Counted from the first letter of the stretch, positions 18,418 to 28,472 are shown. The stretch is 64,000 nt of DNA from an uncultured Candidatus Saccharibacteria bacterium (GCA_964618705.1 CAZUBJ010000001.1:2050-66049); one strand, 5' to 3'. Numbers and translations: made by a program. The notes: generated by a model not told the origin, from the sequence alone.

Positions 18418-18894
18418 ATGAAGAAAGTATTCACTACGGGTGTGCCAATAGTGCTGTCGCTCTATATCGCAGTCATATTTCTAGATTCGCTGCGCTATAA
18501 GTTCACCAATCATCCAAAGACTGAGAATATATTTGGTATCCTCGATTCCTGGGCTGGAACACTTGGATTGCCGGGGCTGTTCGCACATACGGGCGTATTC
18601 AGTCAGTACGTTATCGGTTCGGTGGAGCTGCTTGCGGCCGCACTGGTTCTTCTCGGGCTTGTGCCAGCGCTACGAAAACTTTCACTTGTAGGAAGTGGCA
18701 TTGCGTTTGTCGTTATGACGGGTGCGCTTTTCTTCCACCTCTTTACACCGCTTGGTATAGATCCAAATCAAGATGGAGGCGGACTCTTTGTGGCGGCAGT
18801 GCTCCTGTGGTGCGCAAGCATCGTACTCATCAGTATTCGCTTGCGCGAGCGCGGCATAATAGCGAAACAAGCTGACGAAAGCGTGCAAAACTGA
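18418..18894 (+). CDS. DoxX-like membrane protein
   Basis: Four TMs with SL.YKF, IGS.EL and M.GA.FFHLFTPLG motifs. TATAAT 6 nt before ATG. Confidence 0.75.
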   Translation: MKKVFTTGVPIVLSLYIAVIFLDSLRYKFTNHPKTENIFGILDSWAGTLGLPGLFAHTGVFSQYVIGSVELLAAALVLLGLVPALRKLSLVGSGIAFVVMTGALFFHLFTPLGIDPNQDGGGLFVAAVLLWCASIVLISIRLRERGIIAKQADESVQN

Positions 18895-18907
18895 TAGACT
18901 GCCTCCG

Positions 18908-19789
18908 ATGCATCAAGTACTGCTTTTCTATAAATACGTCACCATAGAAGACCCAAAAGCTGTCATGGACAGTGTGCGGGCGCTTGCCAAGCAACATAAT
19001 CTCCTCGGGCGAGTGCTTGTGGCTGAGGAAGGAATCAATGGAACGCTTGAGGGTCTCACCGCTGATACGGAGGCGTTTGCACTGGAGCTGGTCAAAGAAC
19101 TGCGCTTCGCAGATATGAACATTAAGCGCAGCGAAGGCACCGGAACGTCTTTTACTAAGCTGTACGTAAAAGTGCGCGACGAGATAGTAGGAACGCGCTT
19201 TCCAAAGAATGTGGACCCTCGTGTGCGCACGGCACCGCACCTCCCGGCAGAGACACTTCGTGAGTGGTACGAGAAAGGTGAAGATTTTGTAGTGGTAGAT
19301 ATGCGCAACGACTACGAGTATCAGTCGGGCCACTTCAAGGATTCGGTGAATCCAGGTATGGAGAATTCGCGCGATTTACCAAAGGTGATGCCGGTACTTG
19401 AGCCGCTGAAGTCAAAGAAGGTGGTGACCGTGTGCACGGGAGGCGTACGCTGCGAAAAGATGTCCGCATTTCTCCTTGAGCACGGATTTGAAGATGTGTA
19501 CCAGCTAGAGAACGGCATGCACACCTATATGGAAAAGTACCCAGGGAAAGATTTCCTCGGTACGCTCTACACATTTGATAAGCGTCTCACTATGGATTTC
19601 GGAGGAGATCGCGAAGTGGTAGGGCGCTGCAAGCTTTGTGGAGACTCTACAGAGAAGTATGTGAACTGCGCAAACAATGACTGCCACCTACACTTCCTCG
19701 CTTGCGAAAGTTGCCAGAAAGAAGACGGAACCTTCTGTTCGGTAGCATGTACTGAACACGTAGCCGCGCACACACCTTCCCATGCCTAA
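18908..19789 (+). CDS. trhO: Rhodanese-domain tRNA uridine(34) hydroxylase (YceA/TrhO)
   Basis: LLFYKY, GR...A.EGINGT, D.RN.YE..GHF and CTGGVRCEK motifs. Confidence 0.9.
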   Translation: MHQVLLFYKYVTIEDPKAVMDSVRALAKQHNLLGRVLVAEEGINGTLEGLTADTEAFALELVKELRFADMNIKRSEGTGTSFTKLYVKVRDEIVGTRFPKNVDPRVRTAPHLPAETLREWYEKGEDFVVVDMRNDYEYQSGHFKDSVNPGMENSRDLPKVMPVLEPLKSKKVVTVCTGGVRCEKMSAFLLEHGFEDVYQLENGMHTYMEKYPGKDFLGTLYTFDKRLTMDFGGDREVVGRCKLCGDSTEKYVNCANNDCHLHFLACESCQKEDGTFCSVACTEHVAAHTPSHA

Positions 19790-21029
19790 ATCAGGGAACA
19801 CGCACGACGTCATCGTTGTGGGTGGTGGAGCCTCGGGCATGATGGCGGCTGGTATTGCAGCAGAGCAGGGTAAGCGCGTGCTGTTGATCGAGAAGAACGA
19901 AGTGTTGGGAAGGAAACTTTCTATATCTGGTGGAGGTCGCTGCAATATTCTGAACGCAGAGGACGATGTGCACGCGCTGCTTGCCAACTACGGCGAAGCT
20001 GCACCCTTCCTGTATTCGGCATTTGCAGAATTTGGGGTACAAGAAACAACCGCATTCTTTGAACGTATTGGTGTGCCGATTGTTGTGGAAGCGCGTAAGC
20101 GCGCATTCCCTGTATCGCAGCGCGCAGTGCTGGTGGTTGAGGCGTTGGAGGAGTATTTGCGCGAACGAGGTGTAGAGATTCGCACTAGCACCAGTATTGC
20201 GCGCGTAAAGACCGAGGGAAATAGAATTACCGCAATTGTGGCGCAAGGGTTTGAATTTACTGCGGACAACTACATCTTTGCGACGGGTGGTGTGTCGCAC
20301 CCAGAGACCGGCTCCACAGGAGACGGGTTTGATTGGTTGAGTCAGCTTGGGCACACCGTCACTGCACCGACTCCGACTATTGTTCCGCTGGCTGTAAAAG
20401 AGAAGTGGCTGCACTCGCTGAAGGGTACGACACTTTCTGATGCAAAAATTACATTCTATTTGGATGGGGCGAGAAAGTTTAGTAAGCGTGGCGACATCCT
20501 GCTCACGCACTTTGGCATCTCTGGACCAACGATTCTAAACGCAGCGGGTGATGTTGCTGACCTCTTGTACGAGGGGGTGGTTACAGCGACCATAGACATA
20601 TTCCCGACAAAGGACATTGGCATCTTGGATAAGGAGCTCGTCGCTTTGTTTGATGGCAACAAAAACAAATTACTTCGCAACACACTTCCACAGCTCATCC
20701 CGTCTTCTACGGTAGAGACGCTACTTAGTCTTGTTCCGGCAGTTAGCCCCGACACAAAAGTGCATTCGGTGACCAAGGAAGAGCGTCGCGCACTCATTGA
20801 TGTGTTTAAAGGTCTACCGATTACCATTTCGGGACTTATGGGAATGAGTCGCGCCGTCGTTGCTGACGGCGGGGTTGCGCTTACCGAAATTGATATGCGC
20901 ACGATGCAGTCCAAGAAAGTTGAGAACCTGTTCGTGACGGGGGATCTCCTAGATATTACGCGTCCATCGGGTGGCTACTCCTTGCAGCTCTGTTGGACGA
21001 CGGGCTACCTGGCTGGCAAGAACGCGTAA
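19782..21029 (+). CDS. HI0933/BaiN-family flavoprotein
   Basis: GGGASG, GRKL.ISGGGRCN, ATGG.S.P.TGSTGDG, THFGISGP and GGY.LQ motifs. Confidence 0.92.
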   Translation: MPKSGNTHDVIVVGGGASGMMAAGIAAEQGKRVLLIEKNEVLGRKLSISGGGRCNILNAEDDVHALLANYGEAAPFLYSAFAEFGVQETTAFFERIGVPIVVEARKRAFPVSQRAVLVVEALEEYLRERGVEIRTSTSIARVKTEGNRITAIVAQGFEFTADNYIFATGGVSHPETGSTGDGFDWLSQLGHTVTAPTPTIVPLAVKEKWLHSLKGTTLSDAKITFYLDGARKFSKRGDILLTHFGISGPTILNAAGDVADLLYEGVVTATIDIFPTKDIGILDKELVALFDGNKNKLLRNTLPQLIPSSTVETLLSLVPAVSPDTKVHSVTKEERRALIDVFKGLPITISGLMGMSRAVVADGGVALTEIDMRTMQSKKVENLFVTGDLLDITRPSGGYSLQLCWTTGYLAGKNA

Positions 21030-21048
21030 AACGAATGGCCCCCGCTTT

Positions 21049-21501
21049 TTAGGCGGAGGCCGGGTCGTAGATGCCGACCTCCACCGTTCTGTTCTCTATC
21101 ATTTCGAAGAGAACATCGCGGTCTATCGGAAAGACTTCTACTGGTCGTACAGGTTTGTGTGACACGAAGGCGGCGAGAGTGAGTTCCTCAAACCCCTCTT
21201 TCGGGAGAATATGTACGAAGCCGGGTCCGTGGATGAATCCCAGAGGCACGCGGACATCCAGCGTTGAGGTTGTCGTTTGGGGTGCAAATCCCCACTCGGT
21301 TCGCTTTGTGTGAATGGTTGCATACAACAGGGCAATTTCTATGCAAGTAGTTGCGTAGACGCCCAGGTGGTTGTAGGCGGGTACATCATCGCGCCCGGTG
21401 CGACGAGGCTCAATGATCTCCAACTCATACGGGGATCCATGCATGACATAGCGGTCTTCTGGAATCTCCAGCAGGCGCTGGTACAGTTCGGCGTGGCGCA
21501 T
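21049..21501 (-). CDS. Orphan protein
   Basis: AAAGGAG SD. Motifs HGS......IEPR and VYAT.....AL.YA loosely resemble ADP-ribosyltransferase-like folds. Confidence 0.65.
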   Translation of the reverse strand: MRHAELYQRLLEIPEDRYVMHGSPYELEIIEPRRTGRDDVPAYNHLGVYATTCIEIALLYATIHTKRTEWGFAPQTTTSTLDVRVPLGFIHGPGFVHILPKEGFEELTLAAFVSHKPVRPVEVFPIDRDVLFEMIENRTVEVGIYDPASA

Positions 21502-21598
21502 GTGAGACTCCTTTCTCTTGGCGACACTCTGGACAGAGATATAACACAGTTGCGTAATACTTACCAATCCTCACAAAATGTGGTAGAATACCCGAAAC

Positions 21599-23089
21599 GT
21601 GGCTAGCAAACCCAATACAGAACAAGGAGGACCTTCGCGCGAGGTCCTGGTCAAATTTGAGGACGTGTCATTTGGATACGGTCACAATCACCCTATCTTA
21701 GACACGGTGAACTTTTCGTTGCGCCGTGGAATGAAAGTGACGCTCATGGGACAGAACGGCGCTGGTAAGTCGACACTGTTTAGTCTCATTACCGGAGCAC
21801 GCAAGCCAGAGGACGGACGCGTACTTATTCCGCGCGGTACCACGGTTGCTATTGCGGCACAGGTGATTGCGCCGGACGAGCGCGAACTTACCGTGCGTGC
21901 ATTCTTTGAGAAGCGCTTTGCAGAGAAGGTTTACGATATTGATCCAAAGATTGACGCCGCTCTTGAAGTGGTGAATCTGCATGCTCCGCACGACCGCATC
22001 ATTAAGAGCTTCTCCGGTGGTCAGCAGGCACGTTTGCTTCTTGCCTCGGCCCTTATTCAGGATCCAGACCTGCTTTTGCTCGACGAGCCTACCAACAACC
22101 TAGACACTGCAGGCATTGAGCATCTCACTAGCTTCCTCAAGAAGTACGAGAAGAGTGTGATGGTTATTTCCCACGATGCGGAGTTCCTCAACTCATTCAC
22201 GGAGGGTGTGTTGTACCTAGATGTGCACACACGAAAGATTGAGCAGTACGTCGGAAACTACTACGACCTCTTAAAGGAGATTTCAGCACGTATTGAGCGC
22301 GAGAACCGCAAGAACGCCCAGCTTGAAAAGCAAATTCAAGACAATAAGGACAAGGCGAACTTCTTTGCACAAAAGGGAGGAAAGATGCGTGTGGTGGCAA
22401 AGAAGATGCGTACGGCAATTGAAGAGATGGAGGAGAACAAAGTGGATGTGCGTAAGGAGGACAAGACCATTCGCCCGTTCGTGATTCCTGCGCAGCCGGA
22501 GATTGTCGGAGAGCTTCTCACCATTACTTCCTACACAACTATTGACCCAAAGAAGCATGTGCCTGTGACGCACAAGGCAGATATCGTACTTAAGAAGAAG
22601 CAGCACCTGCAGTTAAAGGGACCAAACGGCATTGGTAAGACGACACTCCTTGAGCGACTTGCCTCTGGCGAAGCTGATGGCGCCCAAATTGCAAAGGGTG
22701 TGCGTGTCGGGTATTACCGCCAGGACTTCTCAACGCTTGATTTTGAGCGCACGGTGCGCGAAGAGCTCCTCGCAATCATGGACAAGCAGGATGAAGAGCA
22801 AATGCGCAAAGTTGCCGCAAGCTTCATCATTACGGCTGAGCACATGGGTAAGAAGATTGGCTCACTTTCTGAAGGACAGAAAGGTTTGGTAGCTTTTGCT
22901 CGTCTTGTGCTTATGCGCCCAGGACTCTTGATCCTCGACGAGCCAACAAACCACATTAACTTCCGCCACCTTCCTGTCATTGCAAAAGCACTTGATCAGT
23001 ATGAAGGAGCGATGATTTTGGTATCGCACGTTCCAGAGTTCGTTGAGCAGATTCGCATTGATAACGTTCTCGATCTCGGTAAGAAGTAG
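21599..23089 (+). CDS. ABC-F family ATPase
   Basis: Two ABC domains (GQNGAGKS/SGGQ/LDEPTN and GPNGIGKT/LDEPTNH) with a linker and no TM segments. Confidence 0.92.
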   Translation: MASKPNTEQGGPSREVLVKFEDVSFGYGHNHPILDTVNFSLRRGMKVTLMGQNGAGKSTLFSLITGARKPEDGRVLIPRGTTVAIAAQVIAPDERELTVRAFFEKRFAEKVYDIDPKIDAALEVVNLHAPHDRIIKSFSGGQQARLLLASALIQDPDLLLLDEPTNNLDTAGIEHLTSFLKKYEKSVMVISHDAEFLNSFTEGVLYLDVHTRKIEQYVGNYYDLLKEISARIERENRKNAQLEKQIQDNKDKANFFAQKGGKMRVVAKKMRTAIEEMEENKVDVRKEDKTIRPFVIPAQPEIVGELLTITSYTTIDPKKHVPVTHKADIVLKKKQHLQLKGPNGIGKTTLLERLASGEADGAQIAKGVRVGYYRQDFSTLDFERTVREELLAIMDKQDEEQMRKVAASFIITAEHMGKKIGSLSEGQKGLVAFARLVLMRPGLLILDEPTNHINFRHLPVIAKALDQYEGAMILVSHVPEFVEQIRIDNVLDLGKK

Positions 23090-23092
23090 CGC

Positions 23093-23344
23093 ATGGCGAG
23101 TACCTGGCACGTCTACATGGTGGAGTGTGCAGACGGAACCCTCTATAGCGGTATCACTACTGATATAGATAGGAGAATCAAAGAGCATAACGAGTCCGAC
23201 AAAGGTGCACGCTACACGCGCGCGAAGCGCCCAGTACTGCTGGTGTATAGCGAAGAACACGCCGACAGGAGTACTGCATCTAAGCGCGAATACGAACTTA
23301 AGCAATTGTCGCGAGAGGAAAAGAAGAAACTGTTTTCCAGCTAG
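23093..23344 (+). CDS. GIY-YIG nuclease (UPF0213/YhbQ-like)
   Basis: VY...C.DGTLY.G.TTD..RR..EHN..KGARYT motif. Confidence 0.9.
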   Translation: MASTWHVYMVECADGTLYSGITTDIDRRIKEHNESDKGARYTRAKRPVLLVYSEEHADRSTASKREYELKQLSREEKKKLFSS

Positions 23345-24597
23345 ACTGACCCCATAAAGGGAATAGGAAAGCGCTTCGCACCCTCACTGGTGTAGATAAG
23401 CGAGTCCTCGTGCATGCGCGAGGGGGCGGGACGGCTAGCGTCAGCGGTAATTGAGCGCGCGCTTGTACCAAAGAATACTGCGTGCTCGCCGAACTTATGC
23501 TCTAGGTGGTCTATGGCTTGCATAAGCTTTTTGCTGTGCTCGTGGGTATGAGTACTATCGAAAAGGTTTTGTTGCAGGCTTGCGGGTTCCCGTAGCCCTG
23601 AGAGAGTAATACCCGTAGTCCGGTAGAGAGTGCTCGGTTTGTATACACGAAGGAACTCCGCGCGAAGGAGTGGAAGAATATCGCTCGGGTTGTTGGTAGG
23701 AGCGGAGAGCTTCACATCGCCAGCATGGAAACGGAATGCCTGCGTCTTAAGAAAAAATGATGCATGGGTGGCAACCGTGCCCAGGCGGCGCGCCTTGCGG
23801 CAGCCGTTCTCTACGTGTTGCGAGAGTTCTGAGAAAAGGACGCGCGGGTCAGTGGTGGGAGGATTAAAACTGCGTGTCCGCTGAATAGACTTTTGATCGT
23901 TCGCGTTTACAAAATCCACTGCAAGAACACTCTCTCCATTCAATTCATTCCACAGGTCTACGACTGGTGCGTTGAAGAGACCATGCACACGAGCACGGGG
24001 AAGCTCAGTAAACTGTAGGCTGGTGAGAATACCCATACCCTGCAATCTCGCAGAAGTTTTGGGCCCTAGTCCCCATACATACTGTACGGGTGTTTGTAGA
24101 AGGCACTCTTCTCTGTTCTCTTCCGTAATTACCCAAAAGCCATCCGGCTTCTTGTGTTTGGAGGCAAGCTTTGCGAGAACTTTCGTGGGACCAATACCAA
24201 GAGAGAACGTAATGTTGAGCTCATTCTGCAGTTCCTCCTTAATGCGATGTGCGTCTTCAATGGGGCTCGATAGCAATGAAAGATCGGCGAAGCACTCGTC
24301 GGTGCCGTACTCCTCTACGAGTGGCGCGTAGCGCCGCACAATCGCGTACATACGCTTGGATACTTGCGCGTAGAGCTCAAAATCAGACGGCAGGATGGTC
24401 ACCTGCGGAAAGCGGCTTCGCACCTCAAATATTGGAGTGGCACGACTAATGCCAAGCGCCTTCGCTTCGTAGGTGGCGGCAGTCACAATGCCACGCTCGC
24501 GTCCAACTACCACTGGCTTCCCGCGCAGGTCAGGACGGCGAGAGACCTCGCACATGGCGAAGAAGGCGTCCCCGTCTACGTGCAAGATCATGGACAT
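23341..24597 (-). CDS. dinB: Y-family DNA polymerase IV
   Basis: LHVDGDAFFA, ATYEAK..GI, DE and K.LAKLAS..KPDG motifs. Confidence 0.92.
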   Translation of the reverse strand: MSMILHVDGDAFFAMCEVSRRPDLRGKPVVVGRERGIVTAATYEAKALGISRATPIFEVRSRFPQVTILPSDFELYAQVSKRMYAIVRRYAPLVEEYGTDECFADLSLLSSPIEDAHRIKEELQNELNITFSLGIGPTKVLAKLASKHKKPDGFWVITEENREECLLQTPVQYVWGLGPKTSARLQGMGILTSLQFTELPRARVHGLFNAPVVDLWNELNGESVLAVDFVNANDQKSIQRTRSFNPPTTDPRVLFSELSQHVENGCRKARRLGTVATHASFFLKTQAFRFHAGDVKLSAPTNNPSDILPLLRAEFLRVYKPSTLYRTTGITLSGLREPASLQQNLFDSTHTHEHSKKLMQAIDHLEHKFGEHAVFFGTSARSITADASRPAPSRMHEDSLIYTSEGAKRFPIPFMGSV

Positions 24598-25166
24598 TAG
24601 TATTTTCGAACGATTGCGGTCACAACAGCCTCAATGTTCAGATTACTCTTGGGATAGATAGGTTTGTATGCGCTGTTAGCGGGTTCCAGATAGTAGTGCT
24701 CATTCTTCTTGCGTAGATACTTCATGGTGTACTCGCCCTCGATGGAAGCGATGACAATTTGCCCTACTTTGTAGGTAGGCTTGCGCTCTACGATGACCAA
24801 GTCACCTGGATGAATCCCCGCTTCTATCATGGAGTCTCCCTTCACTTTAAGTACGTAGCTCGATTCCTTGTTTGGGGTGAGATACTCGTCAAAGTCCATG
24901 GTGTCGAGCATCTCCTCCTCGGCAGGAGTAGGGAAGCCAGCCTCCACAACACCAAGGAGCGGTACTCCGCGAAGCTCTCGTCCAGGTGTCAGTCGGCCTT
25001 GCAGATCCTTTTCTAGCACGCCCTCGTCTACCATTTTTTCTACAAACTTGTACACCGAGTTTTTGCTCTTTACGCCAAGCAATTTCATAAACTCTTGGTA
25101 GCCTGGCATGCGGCGGTGTTGCTGCCAGAATCCGACAACGGCCCTCTTTCGTGAGTGGTAATCCAT
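24597..25166 (-). CDS. lexA: LexA repressor
   Basis: N-terminal wHTH, VPLLG.V.AG cleavage site, V.GDSM..AGI and catalytic Lys (TMK). ATG at 25166. Confidence 0.88.
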   Translation of the reverse strand: MDYHSRKRAVVGFWQQHRRMPGYQEFMKLLGVKSKNSVYKFVEKMVDEGVLEKDLQGRLTPGRELRGVPLLGVVEAGFPTPAEEEMLDTMDFDEYLTPNKESSYVLKVKGDSMIEAGIHPGDLVIVERKPTYKVGQIVIASIEGEYTMKYLRKKNEHYYLEPANSAYKPIYPKSNLNIEAVVTAIVRKY

Positions 25167-25172
25167 CTCTTC

Positions 25173-25202
25173 ATAGTAGGGGAACCCTGGTTCACCTGTC
25201 AA
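25173..25202 (-). promoter_or_regulatory. lexA promoter with GAAC-N4-GTTC operator
   Basis: TTGACA-18-TACTAT on the minus strand, with GAACCCTGGTTC (25182-25193) in the spacer. Confidence 0.7.
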
Positions 25203-25321
25203 AGAAACAGGGTGGACAGAGGTGTATTTGTAGACAGATAGTGGTTCCGGCGTATACTCCACGTCGGACCTGTATAGTTCTCCATTGGTCCAATGTTTCA
25301 ACCCCTAACAGGGAGGCTTCC

Positions 25322-25963
25322 ATGACCAGTGGTTATGGACACATAGTGCGCCCCCTGAAAAAAGGGGCAAATCGTGCATCTCTGATTCCGTGCGTATGGA
25401 ATCCGCGTGGCGTAAATGCGGCTCTGTGTAGCGACATAAGCAGTCGGCCTGGCCGGAACGAAGGGTGCTGTAGAGAAGCGTGTACGTCACCAAACCGTGT
25501 GTGCCGAGTATGCATGCATGAAGGAGGTGTGCCCGGCACGGTGGTGGACTTTGTGCTCGGAGTCTGTGAAAGGCATAAGGGCTCCGATTCGAATCCTCAC
25601 CATAACCTGTTGAGCGCGAGCGCTGCAGCTCTCGATCTCGCTTCGTCTAAAATCCTTCGACAGCGTCTCGAGAGAAAGGCTCGTACGCTCAAAGAGGACC
25701 TGCGCGTCCTAGACCCGGTTCTTTATGAGCCCGAGCACTACAAAGATAGGATTGCAACTCTGCCAAAGCGACAGCTAATGGTTCTCGCCTATCTGTCCCA
25801 TGGACTTTCAGACGAGGAAGTGGCTGAACGGTTTCTGTGGAGACCCTGGCGAGTAACGCTGATCATGAAGGAGATTTATCAACACTTTTCTTTGGAGCAA
25901 ATTCCATCCCGTTCGCGACGGGGCGTGCTCGTGGAAATCGCGAAGCTCTGGGCTCGTTCGTAA
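25322..25963 (+). CDS. Orphan Cys-rich protein with C-terminal LuxR-like HTH
   Basis: GGGAGG SD, Cys clusters, 'L..RQ..VL..L..G.S.EE.A..' motif, hairpin at 25978-26000. Confidence 0.65.
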   Translation: MTSGYGHIVRPLKKGANRASLIPCVWNPRGVNAALCSDISSRPGRNEGCCREACTSPNRVCRVCMHEGGVPGTVVDFVLGVCERHKGSDSNPHHNLLSASAAALDLASSKILRQRLERKARTLKEDLRVLDPVLYEPEHYKDRIATLPKRQLMVLAYLSHGLSDEEVAERFLWRPWRVTLIMKEIYQHFSLEQIPSRSRRGVLVEIAKLWARS

Positions 25964-26007
25964 GTTTGAATCAAAAAGGGCCGGCGCAGCGCGCCGGCCC
26001 ATTATGT

Positions 26008-26919
26008 TTATGCGAGCCCGAGCGACTTTAAGAACGTTTCAAGTTCGTCGCCTTCAATCGCGCGATAGCTGCCACCCTTCAGTGCGCCAATCTTAATATT
26101 CATAATGCTCATACGGCGCAGGTCAGATACTTCGTTGTGAAGCGCCACCACCATGCGGCGAATCTGGTGACTCTTGCCCTCGGTAAGCGTGATACGGAAT
26201 GCCTTCTCACCAAGCAGATTTACCTTGGCCGGACGGGTCATGTATCCCTCAATAAGCACACCCTTTTCCATGTGGTCTTTAAAAGTTGCCCGTATCGGCT
26301 GCTTGGTGCGTACCTCGTACACTTTCTCGTGCTCGTGGTCAGGATTCAATAGACGGTCAGTAATGCGTCCGTCGTTGGTCAAAATAATGAGACCGTGGGA
26401 TGCCTTGTCCAGGCGACCAATAGGAAACAGGCGCAACTGCTTCAGTTCTGCAGGAAGCGAATCGAAAATATTCTCCGCACCGGTGTCTTCCTGGTGCGTG
26501 TCCATGCCCGCTTGCTTGTTGAATGCAAAATATGCGTACTGCTTGGGGCGACTGTTGCGGCGTACCTCAATAGCGTCATTCTCAAGCACCTTGTCACCAA
26601 CTTGAGCTACGCGGCCATTAATAAGTACAGCCTTACGTGCAACGAGCGTATCAGCTTCGCGGCGGGTAGAGTGGCCCTTGAGTGCCAGATACTTATTAAT
26701 GCGCATTGGGTAGAGTTCTCCCTTTGGAATAGGGGAAGGCCCGCGCTCTTTCACAAAGCGAGGCAGAGGAGTCGCGTCCCGTCCTCGACCCTTGGCGATA
26801 GTGGCAGGCTTTGGCTCAACTACGCGCTTAGAAGCCGCGTGTCGCACGGTGCGAGTTGGCTTCTTTGCAACGGGGGCCTTCTTTAGGGTGAAACCTGGCT
26901 TTCGACGAGAGGATGACAT
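26008..26919 (-). CDS. RsuA/RluB/RluF-family pseudouridine synthase
   Basis: S4 domain (RINKYLA..G..TRREAD), GRLDK.S.GL..LTNDG and EGK.HQIRRM motifs. Confidence 0.92.
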   Translation of the reverse strand: MSSSRRKPGFTLKKAPVAKKPTRTVRHAASKRVVEPKPATIAKGRGRDATPLPRFVKERGPSPIPKGELYPMRINKYLALKGHSTRREADTLVARKAVLINGRVAQVGDKVLENDAIEVRRNSRPKQYAYFAFNKQAGMDTHQEDTGAENIFDSLPAELKQLRLFPIGRLDKASHGLIILTNDGRITDRLLNPDHEHEKVYEVRTKQPIRATFKDHMEKGVLIEGYMTRPAKVNLLGEKAFRITLTEGKSHQIRRMVVALHNEVSDLRRMSIMNIKIGALKGGSYRAIEGDELETFLKSLGLA

Positions 26920-27023
26920 TAGTACAAGTATACCACAAGTTTGCAAAAAAGTACAATATGCATCATTCGGTATGCACACCCCGCCTTGCGCTTGGCTATC
27001 TACGGGCTACCATGTAGGTACAG

Positions 27024-27299
27024 ATGAGCGACTTTCTAAAAATGGATATCTTCTTTGCCGTGACGACTGTTGCGGTAATCGTTCTTACATTCCTTTTGAC
27101 GTTAGTCCTCATCCGCGTGCTCGGGGTACTGAGAAAGATTGACGAGGTTGCAACGCTTGTGCGCGAAGAAGGTGAGCAGCTTCGCGAAGACATTCAGAGT
27201 GTACGCGAGAGCGTTACCGAGGGTGGACTTCGTATCGGTCATCTATTCGGGTTTCTGAGCGGCGTTACAAAGCGCAAGCCCCGCGCAAAGCGGTCCTAA
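27024..27299 (+). CDS. Small membrane protein
   Basis: N-terminal TM followed by a coiled segment. Confidence 0.7.
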   Translation: MSDFLKMDIFFAVTTVAVIVLTFLLTLVLIRVLGVLRKIDEVATLVREEGEQLREDIQSVRESVTEGGLRIGHLFGFLSGVTKRKPRAKRS

Positions 27300-27318
27300 T
27301 AATTTAAGTACATACGGT

Positions 27319-27807
27319 ATGGCTAAGAAAGTTGTAAAGAAAGCAGCAGGTAAGAAAGGGATGAGTGCGCTCGATGCGGTTGAGATTGGTGCAGGAGTAC
27401 TTGCAGCTGTTGCCGCAGCAGGAGCAGCGGGTTACTACTTTTACGGAACGAAGAACGCTGCAGCTCACCGTGAGTCTGCAAGCAAGTGGGCAAAAGGGCT
27501 AAAGCGCGACACGCTCAAGCAGGTGAAGAAGCTTGAGAAGCTCGACGCTAAGAGCGTTGCAGCTGCAGTAGAGAAGGCGTCTGCGGCATATCGCCAGATG
27601 GAGGGTGTTTCTAAAAAGGATGTTGATGCAGCAGTTGAAGAGCTCAAGAAAAATTGGACCAAGATGAAGAAGGAACTTGAGCCATCTACTGACGTGAAGA
27701 AGGCAGTGAAGACTGCTACTAATCCAAAGGCTGCGAAAAAGGCAGTAACTAAGGCGGTCAAGAAGGCGGTCACAACTGCGAAGAAAGCAGTAAAGAAAGC
27801 ACGCTAA
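27319..27807 (+). CDS. Lys/Ala-rich protein with TM segment and histone H1-like tail
   Basis: Repeated KKAV.KA motifs, hairpin at 27835-27868. Confidence 0.75.
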   Translation: MAKKVVKKAAGKKGMSALDAVEIGAGVLAAVAAAGAAGYYFYGTKNAAAHRESASKWAKGLKRDTLKQVKKLEKLDAKSVAAAVEKASAAYRQMEGVSKKDVDAAVEELKKNWTKMKKELEPSTDVKKAVKTATNPKAAKKAVTKAVKKAVTTAKKAVKKAR

Positions 27808-27971
27808 GCCTGGCTTTCGGCGAAAGGTATCTTTAAAGAACAGCGCTCGTAATCGGGCGCTGTTCTTTTACGGAGGGTGGCTCCGCGCAGCATACTATGG
27901 CACCATAAAGAGGACTCCAAGCCACCAGGTCGCCCTTTTGACAGAAAGGAGCCAACGGCACGTCATACTCT

Positions 27972-28472
27972 ATGGACCAGGACGAAGCAAAAGACTATTT
28001 CCTCCTATCGTACGATACGTACGCCGATGCGATATTTCGCTTCGTCCTTATGAAAGTAAGCGACAAAGAAAAGGCCGAGGACATCACGCAGGAGGTTTTT
28101 ATGCGCTTTTGGCAGGCATTGCGGGAGGGTACGGTACTTAGAAATGATCGAGCCCTTCTGTACGCCATTGCTCGAAATCTCGTAATTGATTGGTACCGCA
28201 AGAAGAAGGAGACATCGCTTGATGCACTCACTGACGAGGGTCTCGAATTTGAAGGCTCAAACGAAGTGCCGATTTTGGAAAGTGCAATGAACGAGGAAGT
28301 GCTCCGCGTGGTATACACGCTGGACGAGCCATCGAGAGAGGCTATGTTGCTGCGATTCGTCGAAGGATTCTCTCCTGCTGAGATTGCGGCGCTTCGGGGA
28401 GAAAGTGCGAACGCCGTCTCGGTGCGGATTAATCGAGCGCTGAAGAAGGTTCGTGAACAACTACACGTATGA
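27972..28472 (+). CDS. ECF RNA polymerase sigma factor
   Basis: AEDITQEVF, LY.IARN.VID.YRK and region 4 EIA....V.VRI.RA motifs. Confidence 0.9.
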   Translation: MDQDEAKDYFLLSYDTYADAIFRFVLMKVSDKEKAEDITQEVFMRFWQALREGTVLRNDRALLYAIARNLVIDWYRKKKETSLDALTDEGLEFEGSNEVPILESAMNEEVLRVVYTLDEPSREAMLLRFVEGFSPAEIAALRGESANAVSVRINRALKKVREQLHV

